This document shows, piece after piece, positions 7,681-16,778 of a stretch of DNA of 28,017 bases. Within the stretch, counting starts at the first letter, position 1, and the number at the start of each line of letters is the position of its first letter. A model generated the notes under the pieces. It had not been told where the DNA came from. It was given only the letters and a program-made list of their open reading frames with translations, and did no database searches. This DNA is from Candidatus Bipolaricaulota bacterium (lineage in GTDB: Bacteria > Bipolaricaulota > Bipolaricaulia > UBA7950 > UBA9294), in NCBI GenBank assembly GCA_040752575.1, contig JBFMGK010000012.1, positions 1 through 28,017 on the forward strand. Reading direction: 5' to 3'. The translations under genes and the position numbers were made by a program.

Positions 7681-9023
7681 TATCTTTCGTCTGAGTTCTG
7701 GCATCCCGCCTCGACATCGGCTTCCGCCGCCGCCGCCGCGAACACGCCAGACCGAATCGCGCCTTCGATCGTCGAAGGCCAGCCGGTCTGGGTCCAGTCG
7801 CCCGCCAGATAGAGCCGGCGAAGCGACGTTCGGTTCGGCGGCCGCAGTGCGTCGGACCCTGGCGCGGGAAGGAACGTCGCGCGTCGGTGCCGAAGGACGA
7901 CGGCGTCAAGGATGCGCGCGCCGCGCGCGGCGGGAAGAAGCTTGCCGAGGGAAGCGGTGATCCTCGCGACCACCTCGCTCGGAGGGAGGTCGATCCACGC
8001 TTCGGCCGCGCTCAGCGAGATCCCGATCGCCTGCGTCGTTGCGCCCGCCGACGTCGGACCGTGGTCCAACGCAATCTGGATGTCCGTTTCGACGCCGGCA
8101 ACGAACCGATCGAAGAGGACCCGACGATCCATCACAAGACGCACGTTGACGATCGGCGACCAGACAAGTCCCAGCGCGGCCCCAATTAGCGCCTTCCAGT
8201 GCGGCTCCCCGCCGGCGAGCCGTGCCAGCTCATGGGGAGGAACGGCAAGGATCACGGCGTCCGTCTCCATGGCCCGACCATCGGCAAGGGCGACGCCCGT
8301 CGCCTCCTCCTTGGAGGCACCCCGAACCAGAAGGCGCACCATCCTTGCTCTTGTCTCCACCGTCGCCCCCCGGGCTTCGAGATAGCGCCGCGCAGCGGCG
8401 AAAACCTCACCCAGCGGAACCGCGAACAGCCCTACGTCGCCCCCGTGCGGAACCAGGAGCGCTTCGCGGAACACCTGCCGTGCGGCCGGCAACGAGACGT
8501 CGTCGGCCCTCGCGTTCAGTGTGGCCACGACGATGGGTTCCCAGAGCCGACGGCGCGCGCGGTCGCTCTGACCGTGGCGCCGAAGCCAGGAGCCGAAGGT
8601 CTCCTCGCTCCCGCGCCGGCTCCCGAGGAGAAGCCGGAGGCCGGCGACGCCTGCCGACAGCCGCTCGCCGGGCGAGAGAAGACGGTATCCGAGGAGGCCG
8701 GGAAGAAGATGGGCCGGCCCCGGCAGGGGAATTGACCGCAGGATGCTACGCGCACTCTCCGTCAGCAGGGGCACGGCAAAGGTATCCTGGAAGCGAACGG
8801 CATCCGCCGCCCCGACTCGCTCGAGGAACCCCTGCGCCGCGGTACATGCTCGCAGCAGGACGTGCTCGCCGTAGTCGACCGGCTGGCCCCGCCACGTGAA
8901 CGACGCCGCGCGGCCGCCGAGCCGCGGAGAGGCCTCGAGCCACGTGACGCTGTGGCCGTCTCCCGCCAGCCGGCACGCGGCTGCCGCCCCGGAGAAGCCC
9001 GCCCCGATGACGATCGCACGCAT
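7680..9023 (-). CDS. hpnE: Hydroxysqualene dehydroxylase (FAD-dependent)
   Basis: N-terminal Rossmann VIGAGFSG, LGGRAASF, C-terminal LAGDWTQTGWPSTIEGAIRSG; follows hpnCD; ATG 9023 lies 1 nt after the hpnD stop. Confidence 0.9.
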   Translation of the reverse strand: MRAIVIGAGFSGAAAACRLAGDGHSVTWLEASPRLGGRAASFTWRGQPVDYGEHVLLRACTAAQGFLERVGAADAVRFQDTFAVPLLTESARSILRSIPLPGPAHLLPGLLGYRLLSPGERLSAGVAGLRLLLGSRRGSEETFGSWLRRHGQSDRARRRLWEPIVVATLNARADDVSLPAARQVFREALLVPHGGDVGLFAVPLGEVFAAARRYLEARGATVETRARMVRLLVRGASKEEATGVALADGRAMETDAVILAVPPHELARLAGGEPHWKALIGAALGLVWSPIVNVRLVMDRRVLFDRFVAGVETDIQIALDHGPTSAGATTQAIGISLSAAEAWIDLPPSEVVARITASLGKLLPAARGARILDAVVLRHRRATFLPAPGSDALRPPNRTSLRRLYLAGDWTQTGWPSTIEGAIRSGVFAAAAAEADVEAGCQNSDER

Positions 9024-9024
9024 C

Positions 9025-9894
9025 TCAACGCCTCCAGAGAGACCGGAGCACGAGCCACAACTTCTGCGCCGTCGGAAGACCGATTCGCGACGAGAAGACA
9101 TCATAGCCGGCCCGTTCGATTCGGCGGAGAAGGCCGTCGTACGTTTCCGCGAGAAGCCAAAGGCAGGCTCGGCTTCGTCCGGGCACCGACGGGATCAGCG
9201 CACGACCCGCCGCCAGGTGCTCGCAAGCGCGCGATGCAATGTCGGCGAGGGCGGCACACACCGCCTCCGTAGGCCGACCGCTCCGCAGATCCATGGGATC
9301 CGCCCCGTGCGCGCGAAGGACCTCTCTGGGCACGTAGAGCCGGCCGGCCGCCGCGTCCTCCCTGACGTCGCGTACGACGTTGATGAGCTGCATGCCCAGC
9401 CCGAAGCGGATGGCCCTCTCCCTCATCGCGTCGCTCGGCGGAACGCCGTCGTTCAGCACGGCAAGAGCCGCCAGACCTACGGCGCTCGCCACGAGATAGG
9501 CGTAGCACTCGAGGTCGTTCATCGTCTGCATCTCGACCGTACCCAGGTCCGACTCGACCCCCGTCAAGACGTCCTCGAGATCGCTCGGCTTGATCGCGAA
9601 GCGTTCGATCGCATCGGCAAGGGCGAGATCTCGCTCTAAGAATGAACTCCCGGCAACCGCCGCCGCGAGGCGCTTCCGCAGTGCCTCGATCCCGGCCCTG
9701 CGTCCGCCCGTCGCGTCGGGCTGCGGGTCGGGAAACGCGCCATCTGCGACGTCATCCGCCTCCCGGAAGAACGCGTACAGCGCGTAGACGGCCCGCCGCT
9801 GCCCTCGCGGCAAGGTGAGAAACGCGAGATAGAAGTTACGCGCTTCGCGTCGTGCGACCCGTGCCGCCGTCCGGTACGAGGACGCGAGGCTCAC
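9025..9894 (-). CDS. hpnD: Presqualene diphosphate synthase
   Basis: Squalene/phytoene synthase fold: ARNFYLAF, ADDVAD, VASAVG, QLINVVRDVRED, GRLYVP; lies between hpnC and hpnE. Confidence 0.85.
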   Translation of the reverse strand: MSLASSYRTAARVARREARNFYLAFLTLPRGQRRAVYALYAFFREADDVADGAFPDPQPDATGGRRAGIEALRKRLAAAVAGSSFLERDLALADAIERFAIKPSDLEDVLTGVESDLGTVEMQTMNDLECYAYLVASAVGLAALAVLNDGVPPSDAMRERAIRFGLGMQLINVVRDVREDAAAGRLYVPREVLRAHGADPMDLRSGRPTEAVCAALADIASRACEHLAAGRALIPSVPGRSRACLWLLAETYDGLLRRIERAGYDVFSSRIGLPTAQKLWLVLRSLWRR

Positions 9895-10814
9895 AGCGTG
9901 CTCCCCGACAGGAGTGCAGAGAGAAAGATCCGCGCCTTGTCGAGTCTTGACAGCGTCGGACGAGCGAGGAGCGTATCGAACCCTTGCCGCTCGATCTTGT
10001 CGAGAATCGCCAGGCCGCCGCGCGAGAAGAGCGCGAGATCCACGCGCAGGTGTCCGGAGACCCGCCCGAGGAGCGCCACCCCCTCGTCAAACAGGGCGCG
10101 CGCCCGTGCGACCTCGAACTCCATGAGGCAGCAGAAGGGCGAACCGCCGATCTCCATGGCCAGATCCCCCTCGGACACCCCAAACCGCGCCATGTCCTGT
10201 TCGGGGAGGTAGACACGCCCCATCGCAAAGTCGCGCTTCACGTCCTGCCAGAAGTTCGTGAGCTGAAGCGCCGTGCACGTCGCATCGGAGAGCCGGGCCG
10301 ACTCGGAGTCAGAAATCCCGTAGAGGCCGAGCACGATGCGCCCAACGGGGGTCGCGGAGTGCTCGCAGTAGTGGATCAACTCGTCGTAGGTCGCATAGCG
10401 TCTCACGCGCTGGTCCATCCGGTTTGCCTCAATCAGTCTGCGGAAGGGTTCCAGCGGCAACCTGTACGCTGCCGCCGTCTCGGTCAGCGCAACGAACAGC
10501 GGGCTCTCCGCCCGCCCGGCCCACGCGCGGACCAACTCGCTTTCGAAGGCATCGAGCCGTTCGATCCTACGCTCACCCGGCGGCGCCGCGGCACAAGGGC
10601 AGGCCGCGAGTTCCTCGGGTAGCCTTCCCTCGTCTCCAAGGTCGTCGACGGCACGACAGAACGCGTAGACCACGCTCAGGTGCGTCCGCATCTCGCGCGG
10701 CGCAAGACGCGAAATCGTCGTGAAGTTCTCGCCGTGCCGCCGCGCCAGCGCGCGGCAGCGTGCTCGCGCTTCGGCGAGGTCGACAGAGCGGAGCGCCGCC
10801 GCGACGTCTACCAT
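9891..10814 (-). CDS. hpnC: Hydroxysqualene synthase
   Basis: HGENF, AVDDLGDEG, YCEHSATPVGR, CTALQLTNFWQD, RVYLP; ATG 10814 overlaps the end of yjbQ. Confidence 0.88.
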   Translation of the reverse strand: MVDVAAALRSVDLAEARARCRALARRHGENFTTISRLAPREMRTHLSVVYAFCRAVDDLGDEGRLPEELAACPCAAAPPGERRIERLDAFESELVRAWAGRAESPLFVALTETAAAYRLPLEPFRRLIEANRMDQRVRRYATYDELIHYCEHSATPVGRIVLGLYGISDSESARLSDATCTALQLTNFWQDVKRDFAMGRVYLPEQDMARFGVSEGDLAMEIGGSPFCCLMEFEVARARALFDEGVALLGRVSGHLRVDLALFSRGGLAILDKIERQGFDTLLARPTLSRLDKARIFLSALLSGSTL

Positions 10815-11299
10815 CCCATGACCTGGATGACAACTTCGCGCTCCCGCGGGTGATCGAGTTCGATGAGGAAGACGCTCTGCCAACGTCCAAGCAGCGGCTT
10901 GCCGTCCGAAACGGGGATCGTCTCACTCGCGGAGAGAAGTAGGTGCTGGCAATGCGAATGGCCGTTCGGACACTCGTCGTCTGTCATGTTCTCCGTTCGG
11001 ATGACGAAGTCGTTGTGGCGGTAGTCGCCTTCGCGCGGCGCCGCGGTTTCCAGGAACCTCGCCATATCGCGCAGCAGGAGCGGCTCGTTCTCGTTGATCT
11101 TCACCGCGGCCGTGGTGTGACGAGAAAAGACCGTTACGCTTCCCTCGAGAATCCCCGACTCCCTGACGGCACGTTCGACATCCCCCGTGATGTCCATGAA
11201 CTCTGGCGCCCGACTCGCGATCCGCTGGAGCACGGTTCGGTGAAGCCGTGCTGCCACCGCCTCGTCCATCTCCAAGTTCAATCCACGCCTTGCTTTCAC
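10808..11299 (-). CDS. yjbQ: YjbQ/UPF0047 family protein
   Basis: HTTAAVKINENEP, YRHN, NGHSH, LGRWQSVFLIELD motifs; GTGA overlap with the ispH stop. Confidence 0.88.
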   Translation of the reverse strand: MKARRGLNLEMDEAVAARLHRTVLQRIASRAPEFMDITGDVERAVRESGILEGSVTVFSRHTTAAVKINENEPLLLRDMARFLETAAPREGDYRHNDFVIRTENMTDDECPNGHSHCQHLLLSASETIPVSDGKPLLGRWQSVFLIELDHPREREVVIQVMGW

Positions 11300-12171
11300 T
11301 GTGGATCCCCCGTCCTTGTCGCATCCCCGAGGTGGGCAAGACGGTCGACCACCTCATCCACGACGGCGTCGGGCGTCGACGCCCCCGCCGTGACCCCCAC
11401 GCGCAGTCTCCCCAGCCCCCAGTCATCTTCGATCTCATCGGCCGACTCGATGAGGTATGTCGCCCGCCCCGTGGCCTCACACGTCTCGGCGAGCTTTCTC
11501 GTATTGGCCGACGAACGGCTGCCCACGACGACCAGCGCGTCGACGCACGTTGCGAGATCCTCCGCAGCCTGGTAGCGTCGGCCCGTCTCGGGGCACGTCG
11601 TGTCGACGACCCGAATCTCGGGCACGCGGCCGGCAAGCCGCCCGACCAGCCCTTTGGCAAACTCGGCGAACTTCTCGGGGCTCTTCGTGGTCTGGGAGAT
11701 GACGGCGATCCCTCGCGGCCCGGGTGGAGGTTCGACGTCGGGCGACTGCGTTGCGAGTCCCCGTCCCCGGGTCCAGGACAGGATGCCGCGCACCTCCGGG
11801 TGCTCGGCCTCGCCGTACAGCACAACGCCGAAACCTTCCTCGGCGAGCTGGGCGGCCGTCCGTTGCGCACGTCGAACGATCGGGCACGTCGTGTCGACGA
11901 GTCGTAGCCCCCGGCGCAGGATCTCTTCGACCACCTCTTCGCCCGCTCCGTGCGCGGTGATCGCCGCGGTGCCCCCCGCCGGGACATCGTCAAGGCTCCG
12001 CGCCATCCGCGCCCCCTTGGCGGCCAGTTCTGCGACAACGTGCGCGTTGTGAACGATCGCCCCGAGGGTATGGAGCGGACCCCGCGCAGCAAGCTCTCCT
12101 TCGATCATCTGCACCGCGCGTCGGACACCGCCGCAGAATCCCAGAACCTTGGCCTTCGTGATCTCGCTCAT
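11296..12171 (-). CDS. ispH: 4-hydroxy-3-methylbut-2-enyl diphosphate reductase
   Basis: GFCGGVRRA, IVHN, AHG, DTTCPIV, HPEV, SQTT, third Cys in DTTCPET, TAGASTP. Confidence 0.93.
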   Translation of the reverse strand: MSEITKAKVLGFCGGVRRAVQMIEGELAARGPLHTLGAIVHNAHVVAELAAKGARMARSLDDVPAGGTAAITAHGAGEEVVEEILRRGLRLVDTTCPIVRRAQRTAAQLAEEGFGVVLYGEAEHPEVRGILSWTRGRGLATQSPDVEPPPGPRGIAVISQTTKSPEKFAEFAKGLVGRLAGRVPEIRVVDTTCPETGRRYQAAEDLATCVDALVVVGSRSSANTRKLAETCEATGRATYLIESADEIEDDWGLGRLRVGVTAGASTPDAVVDEVVDRLAHLGDATRTGDPQ

Positions 12172-14102
12172 GCTCGCCCTCCCGTCTTCGTCTGGGCCGC
12201 CGCTCGATACCGACCAAGCGCCATGAGCGGGAAGACATCTCGGTAGATGGCGTAGCGGATCATGAAGTCCGTCGGGAAGCCCGTCCCCGTGTAGGCGGCC
12301 TCGTCCCAGCCGCCGGACTCGTTCTGCGTGCGGATGAGGTACTCAACAGCACGCGCGGTGTGCGGACGATCCGCCTCTCCAGCCGCCACCAGCGCCAGAA
12401 GCGCCCATGCCGTCTGGGACGCGGTCGAAGGACCGCGGCCCCGCGACGCTGATTGCCAGTAGCTCTCGATCTTCTCTCCCCACCCCCCGTCCCCGTTCTG
12501 ACGATCCAGCAGCCAAGCCACCGCGCGCCGCACGGTCGGCGCGCTCATGTCCTCGCCCAGCGCCGCCAGCGCGGGCAGAACCGCCCCCACGCCGTAGATG
12601 AGGTTGACTCCCCAACGGCCGTACCACGCGCCGTCTTCCTCCTGCTCACCAAGCACGTAGTCCACTGCACGTCGCACGGCCCGGTCCGCGGTGGTTCGTC
12701 CCTCTCGCCCGAGGAGCTCCAGGATGTGCGCCGCGACGTCGACCGAGGGCGGATCGATCACCTCGCCGAAGTCCGCGAAGGGGATCTTCCGCGTCCACGT
12801 CTGCGTGTTGTTGCGGTCAAACGCGCCCCATCCGCCGTTGCGGCTCTGCATGCCCAGGAGCCACGAGATCCCGCGCTCGACGGCCTTCTCCCCCTCGCCG
12901 CGCGGCCCGGCGTACGCGACGACGCCTCGAAGCGCCATGAGCACCACCGCCGTATCATCGGTGTCGGGATAGGTGTCGTTCGCAAACTCAAAGGCCCATC
13001 CGCCGGGCGGCGCACTGCACCGAACCTGCCAATCCCCGCCCGAGAAGATCTGCTCGGCCAAGAGCCAGCGTCCGCCACGCAGCAGCGCCGGGTGATCCGG
13101 CGCGACACCGGCGTCGGCAAGGGCCATCATCGCGAGCCCGGTGTCCCAGACGGGAGAGAGACAGGACTGCAGGCGGAAGGTTTCGCCGTCGTCGATTGCG
13201 AACCCTTGCTTGCCGTAGAACCCTGCAAACCCACGAGCCACGGGTCCGTCCCCCTCCAGCGGATGGCCCAACAGCCGGAGTGCGATGAGTGAGTACACCC
13301 ACGGAGGCTGGATTCCCCCCCACGAGCCATCGGCCTCCTGTCGTTCGAGGATCCAGCGCTCGGCCTTTCGCAGCGCCGCCCTGCGCAGAGGCTTGTACGG
13401 CGACTTCTCGAGAAGCCGCAAGACGCGATCCGCCAGGAGGAGTGCGGCCGGCGCGAGGCCCGGCCGAGCCGACCGCACGCGGAGGTCAGCGTGATCGCGA
13501 CCGCGGGCGAACAGCTCGTCGACCCGCGCCGAGTCGGGCAACGGAACCACGGGCTTGCGGTCCATAACGATCGCCAGGGGAACGATGGTCTGCCGTGCCC
13601 AGCAAGCGAAGGAGTAGATGCTGATAGGGAACCAGGACGGGAGGAGGATGAACTCGGGCGGGAGGATGGGCAGTCCGCGCCAATCCCACTCCCCCATCAT
13701 CGCCAACCAGATCTTGGTGAAGACGCGTGCCCTTTCGATGCCCCCGCGGTCGAGGATGAAACGTCGCGCCGCAGCCATTTCGGACCGCGCAGGGTCCATG
13801 CCGGACATCTTCAGGGCGACGTAGGCCTCGACCGTCGTCGATAGCTCACCGGGCCCGCCGGCCCAATTGGCCCACGTTCCGTCGGGACGTTGCGCGCGAA
13901 GAAGCGTGGCGGCGGCGCGCGTCCTCTCCTCAGGGTCGGTGTTCCCAAGGATGTGCCGCAGGAAGACGTGCTCGGCAGTAATGGTCACATTCGACTCGAG
14001 TTCCGCCCACCAGTAGCCGTCCTGGTTCTGCAGGCCCAGCAGGTGCGCCGTCGCTCGTTCGAGCGCCGCGTCGAGATCGGTCCTTGTGTCGACGGGAATC
14101 AT
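12168..14102 (-). CDS. shc: Squalene-hopene cyclase
   Basis: DTDDTA catalytic motif, multiple QW repeats (QNQDGYW, QEADGSW, QEEDGAW, QNESGGW), GRWGVNLIYG, TGTGFP; ATG 14102 overlaps the ispG stop (ATGA). Confidence 0.96.
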   Translation of the reverse strand: MIPVDTRTDLDAALERATAHLLGLQNQDGYWWAELESNVTITAEHVFLRHILGNTDPEERTRAAATLLRAQRPDGTWANWAGGPGELSTTVEAYVALKMSGMDPARSEMAAARRFILDRGGIERARVFTKIWLAMMGEWDWRGLPILPPEFILLPSWFPISIYSFACWARQTIVPLAIVMDRKPVVPLPDSARVDELFARGRDHADLRVRSARPGLAPAALLLADRVLRLLEKSPYKPLRRAALRKAERWILERQEADGSWGGIQPPWVYSLIALRLLGHPLEGDGPVARGFAGFYGKQGFAIDDGETFRLQSCLSPVWDTGLAMMALADAGVAPDHPALLRGGRWLLAEQIFSGGDWQVRCSAPPGGWAFEFANDTYPDTDDTAVVLMALRGVVAYAGPRGEGEKAVERGISWLLGMQSRNGGWGAFDRNNTQTWTRKIPFADFGEVIDPPSVDVAAHILELLGREGRTTADRAVRRAVDYVLGEQEEDGAWYGRWGVNLIYGVGAVLPALAALGEDMSAPTVRRAVAWLLDRQNGDGGWGEKIESYWQSASRGRGPSTASQTAWALLALVAAGEADRPHTARAVEYLIRTQNESGGWDEAAYTGTGFPTDFMIRYAIYRDVFPLMALGRYRAAAQTKTGGRA

Positions 14103-15154
14103 GCCGCCTCCTGCAGCGTCGCGCGCACCGTGCGCACGATCGCCTCGACAAGGCGACCCTCGGGAATGCCGGTCTCGGCAGGAACGCCGTGGACATAAAT
14201 CGTCCCGCAACCCGGCCCGCCCACGAGACCGACGTCAGCGGCGCGCGCTTCTCCGGGGCCGTTCACGACGCACCCCATGAGGGCAACACGAAGCGGAGCC
14301 GTGACATCCGCGAGCGCCTCGCGCACCGCTTCGGCGATGCCCGCGAGATCGATCCCGGTTCGGCCACAGGTAGGGCAGACGTGGAGATCAATTCCGCGGG
14401 ACCTGAGACCGAGCGACCTCAGGATTTCGTACGCCGCTCTCACCTCTTGCACGGGATCGCCGGCCAGCGAGACCCGCAACGTGTCGCCAAGTCCTTCGGC
14501 AAGCAGAATCCCCAAGCCCACCGCGGAGCGGATCGATCCCTCCCAGCTCGTCCCCGCTTCGGTAATCCCAAGGTGCAGGGGGTAGTCCACTTCGCGCGCC
14601 ACCGCACGGTAGGCCTCGACCGTCATCCGGACGTCGGTCGCTTTGAGCGATACGACGAGGTTTTCGAACCCGCGCCGCTCGAGAAGGCGAATCTCGGCAA
14701 GCGCGCTGTCGACCATGCCGGCGACGGACGCTCGGCCGTGGGCATCAAGGTACGGGGCAGCAAGGGATCCGGAGTTCGCCCCTACGCGAATCGGAATCGC
14801 CGCCTCGGACGCCGCATCGGCAACCTCGGCGATTCGGTCCGGATCGGTGATGTTCCCCGGATTGAGCCGCAGCTTGTCTACGCCGGCGCGAATCGCCGCT
14901 ATGGCAAGGCGGGGATCGAAGTGGATGTCGGCGACGAGCGGAACCGTAATACGGGCCTTGATCGAGGGCAGGGCGGCGGCGGCCTCGCGATCGGGCACGG
15001 CAACGCGAACGATCTCGCACCCCGCTGCAGCCAATCGCTGGATCTGGGCCACGGTGGCGTCGATGTCCGACGTTCGCGTGTTGGTCATCGACTGCACCGC
15101 AACGGGCGCCCCGGCCCCGAGCGGCACCTCGCCAACCCAGATGCGGCGCGTCAT
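14099..15154 (-). CDS. ispG: HMBPP synthase (flavodoxin/ferredoxin-dependent)
   Basis: VQSMTNT, VADIHF, RLNPGN, PLHLGITEAG, GDTLRVSL, CPTCGR, GCVVNGPGE; ATG 15154 overlaps the hpnG stop. Confidence 0.94.
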   Translation of the reverse strand: MTRRIWVGEVPLGAGAPVAVQSMTNTRTSDIDATVAQIQRLAAAGCEIVRVAVPDREAAAALPSIKARITVPLVADIHFDPRLAIAAIRAGVDKLRLNPGNITDPDRIAEVADAASEAAIPIRVGANSGSLAAPYLDAHGRASVAGMVDSALAEIRLLERRGFENLVVSLKATDVRMTVEAYRAVAREVDYPLHLGITEAGTSWEGSIRSAVGLGILLAEGLGDTLRVSLAGDPVQEVRAAYEILRSLGLRSRGIDLHVCPTCGRTGIDLAGIAEAVREALADVTAPLRVALMGCVVNGPGEARAADVGLVGGPGCGTIYVHGVPAETGIPEGRLVEAIVRTVRATLQEAA

Positions 15155-15777
15155 ACCGCCCCTTCGCACTGGGGAGCGACGGCCCTGATCGCTTCGCCGA
15201 GTCGGCGTCCGGCGCGGCGTGCGGCCGCGGCCAGGCGCAAGGCGACCAGCGGGTGATGCATCGCGGTCAGCGCGAGCGGCCGACGGCCGAAGGGCATCGG
15301 GTCCTCCGCGGCATCGAGCACGGAGCGCAAGCTCAGGAAGGGGACGCGCCTCTCTGCCGCCCACGCCGCCAGAGGACCGGACTCCATATCGACGGCCAGG
15401 CTCCCCGCCAGGGCAGCCGCTCGCTTCCCCTCGGAGTCCAGAACCTCTGGAGCACAGGCGACCGGCCCGATCCACGCCCGCAGGCCGGCCGACGCAAGGG
15501 CGTCGTGAGCACGACGGACCTGGGTTAGATCGACGTTGAACACGTTCTCCTCCCAGCGGACGGCGTCGGCGATGACCATGTCACCGACACCAAGTCGCCG
15601 ATCCACGCCGCCGCAGAAGCCCGTTGAGATCAGCAACGCGAAGTCGTCCGTCCGGCCCAGCGCCCGGTTCAGGTCCTCTGCGGCGCCGCGCCCCATCCTA
15701 GTCCTGACGACGCGCGTCGCCGCCGACCTCGGGATCCATCGCAACTCCTGTGGGAAGCACGCGGTCACGACGATCAC
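15151..15777 (-). CDS. hpnG: Hopanoid-associated nucleoside phosphorylase (adenosylhopane nucleosidase)
   Basis: PNP/MTAN-family motifs STGFCGG, AVDMES, LRSVLD; GTGA overlap with hpnH; hpn context. Confidence 0.8.
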   Translation of the reverse strand: MIVVTACFPQELRWIPRSAATRVVRTRMGRGAAEDLNRALGRTDDFALLISTGFCGGVDRRLGVGDMVIADAVRWEENVFNVDLTQVRRAHDALASAGLRAWIGPVACAPEVLDSEGKRAAALAGSLAVDMESGPLAAWAAERRVPFLSLRSVLDAAEDPMPFGRRPLALTAMHHPLVALRLAAAARRAGRRLGEAIRAVAPQCEGAV

Positions 15778-16778
15778 CGCCCCCACACCCCGCATGCGAC
15801 GCGCACGAGGTCGCGCGGACGGCGAAGCGCAGCCAGGATACTCGCTCCCTCGAAGGACGAGTGCATCATGCAGTTTGCGCATCGAGCGTCGATGCCGGGA
15901 CCGTAGGATTCCCAGACGGACTCGTCGAACAACTCCTCGACGTGTTCGACGTGACGGTCGGCGATCGCGTAGCACGGCAGCCGCCACCCGAGCACGGTGT
16001 AGGTCACCGTAGTCCACGCCGCACAAGGGTAGTCACGCTCGCCGCGCAAGAAGTCGAGATACAGCGGGTTGTTGTAGAAAGGCAGACCCTTGGACGGATC
16101 CAGCACTCTGCGGAAGGCGGCGACGGCCTCGCGCCGCGCGAGGAACTGGTCGCGATCGACGACGTCCTCGTAGGCGTAGCCCGGCGATACCATGAGTCCC
16201 TCGACCCCGAGGGACTGGAGCGTGAAAAACAGCGCGTGGAGATCCTCCGCGTCCGAGCCGTGAAACAGGGTTGTGTTGGTGCACACGCGGTGACCGCGCG
16301 CCAACGCGTCGCGAATCGCCGCGAGGGCTGTCCGATACGTGCCGGGTCGCCCGGTCACCCGATCGTGAACCTCTTCCGTCCCGTCAAGATGAACGACGAA
16401 GCAGAGCTGCCGGGAAGGAGGCAGACGGTCGAGTGTCTCCTGGAGAAGGAGCCCGTTGGTGCAGAGGTAGACGAAACGACCGTCATCGCGGAGGGCCTCC
16501 ACAATCTCGGCGATCTCGACATGGAGGAGAGGCTCACCGCCAGACACGGAGACAATCGGCGCACCTGCAGCGCGAACGGCCGCGAGGCAGTCCTGTGTGG
16601 ACAGCCGGCGATCGAGGACGTCGCGGTACTCGCGGATGCGCCCGCAACCGGTGCAGGAGAGGTTGCAGGCTTCGAGCGGCTCGAGCATCGTGACCAATGG
16701 ATATCGCCGCGTCCGCCGGAGCGATCGGCCGGCGATGTGGCGAGCCACGGCAACGTCAAGCGCAAAGGGACGACTCAC
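15774..16778 (-). CDS. hpnH: Adenosylhopane synthase, radical SAM
   Basis: YPLVTMLEPLEACNLSCTGCG (CxxxCxxC), SGGEPLLH, YLCTNG, SPGYAYE, PCY, CANCMMH; GTG 16778 follows GGGAGGT and overlaps the upstream stop. Confidence 0.92.
   Translation of the reverse strand: MSRPFALDVAVARHIAGRSLRRTRRYPLVTMLEPLEACNLSCTGCGRIREYRDVLDRRLSTQDCLAAVRAAGAPIVSVSGGEPLLHVEIAEIVEALRDDGRFVYLCTNGLLLQETLDRLPPSRQLCFVVHLDGTEEVHDRVTGRPGTYRTALAAIRDALARGHRVCTNTTLFHGSDAEDLHALFFTLQSLGVEGLMVSPGYAYEDVVDRDQFLARREAVAAFRRVLDPSKGLPFYNNPLYLDFLRGERDYPCAAWTTVTYTVLGWRLPCYAIADRHVEHVEELFDESVWESYGPGIDARCANCMMHSSFEGASILAALRRPRDLVRVACGVWGR

Noticed and set aside
10..7694. Very long plus-strand ORFs (10-1968, 1887-3215, 3013-4569, 6117-7694)
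   Set aside because: Antisense shadows of genes with strong GC3 bias; no recognisable motifs
9025..10814. Carotenoid (crtB/crtI) interpretation of the two synthases and the FAD enzyme
   Set aside because: The HpnC-type TNFWQD motif, the CDE order and the adjacent shc, hpnG and hpnH point to squalene synthesis
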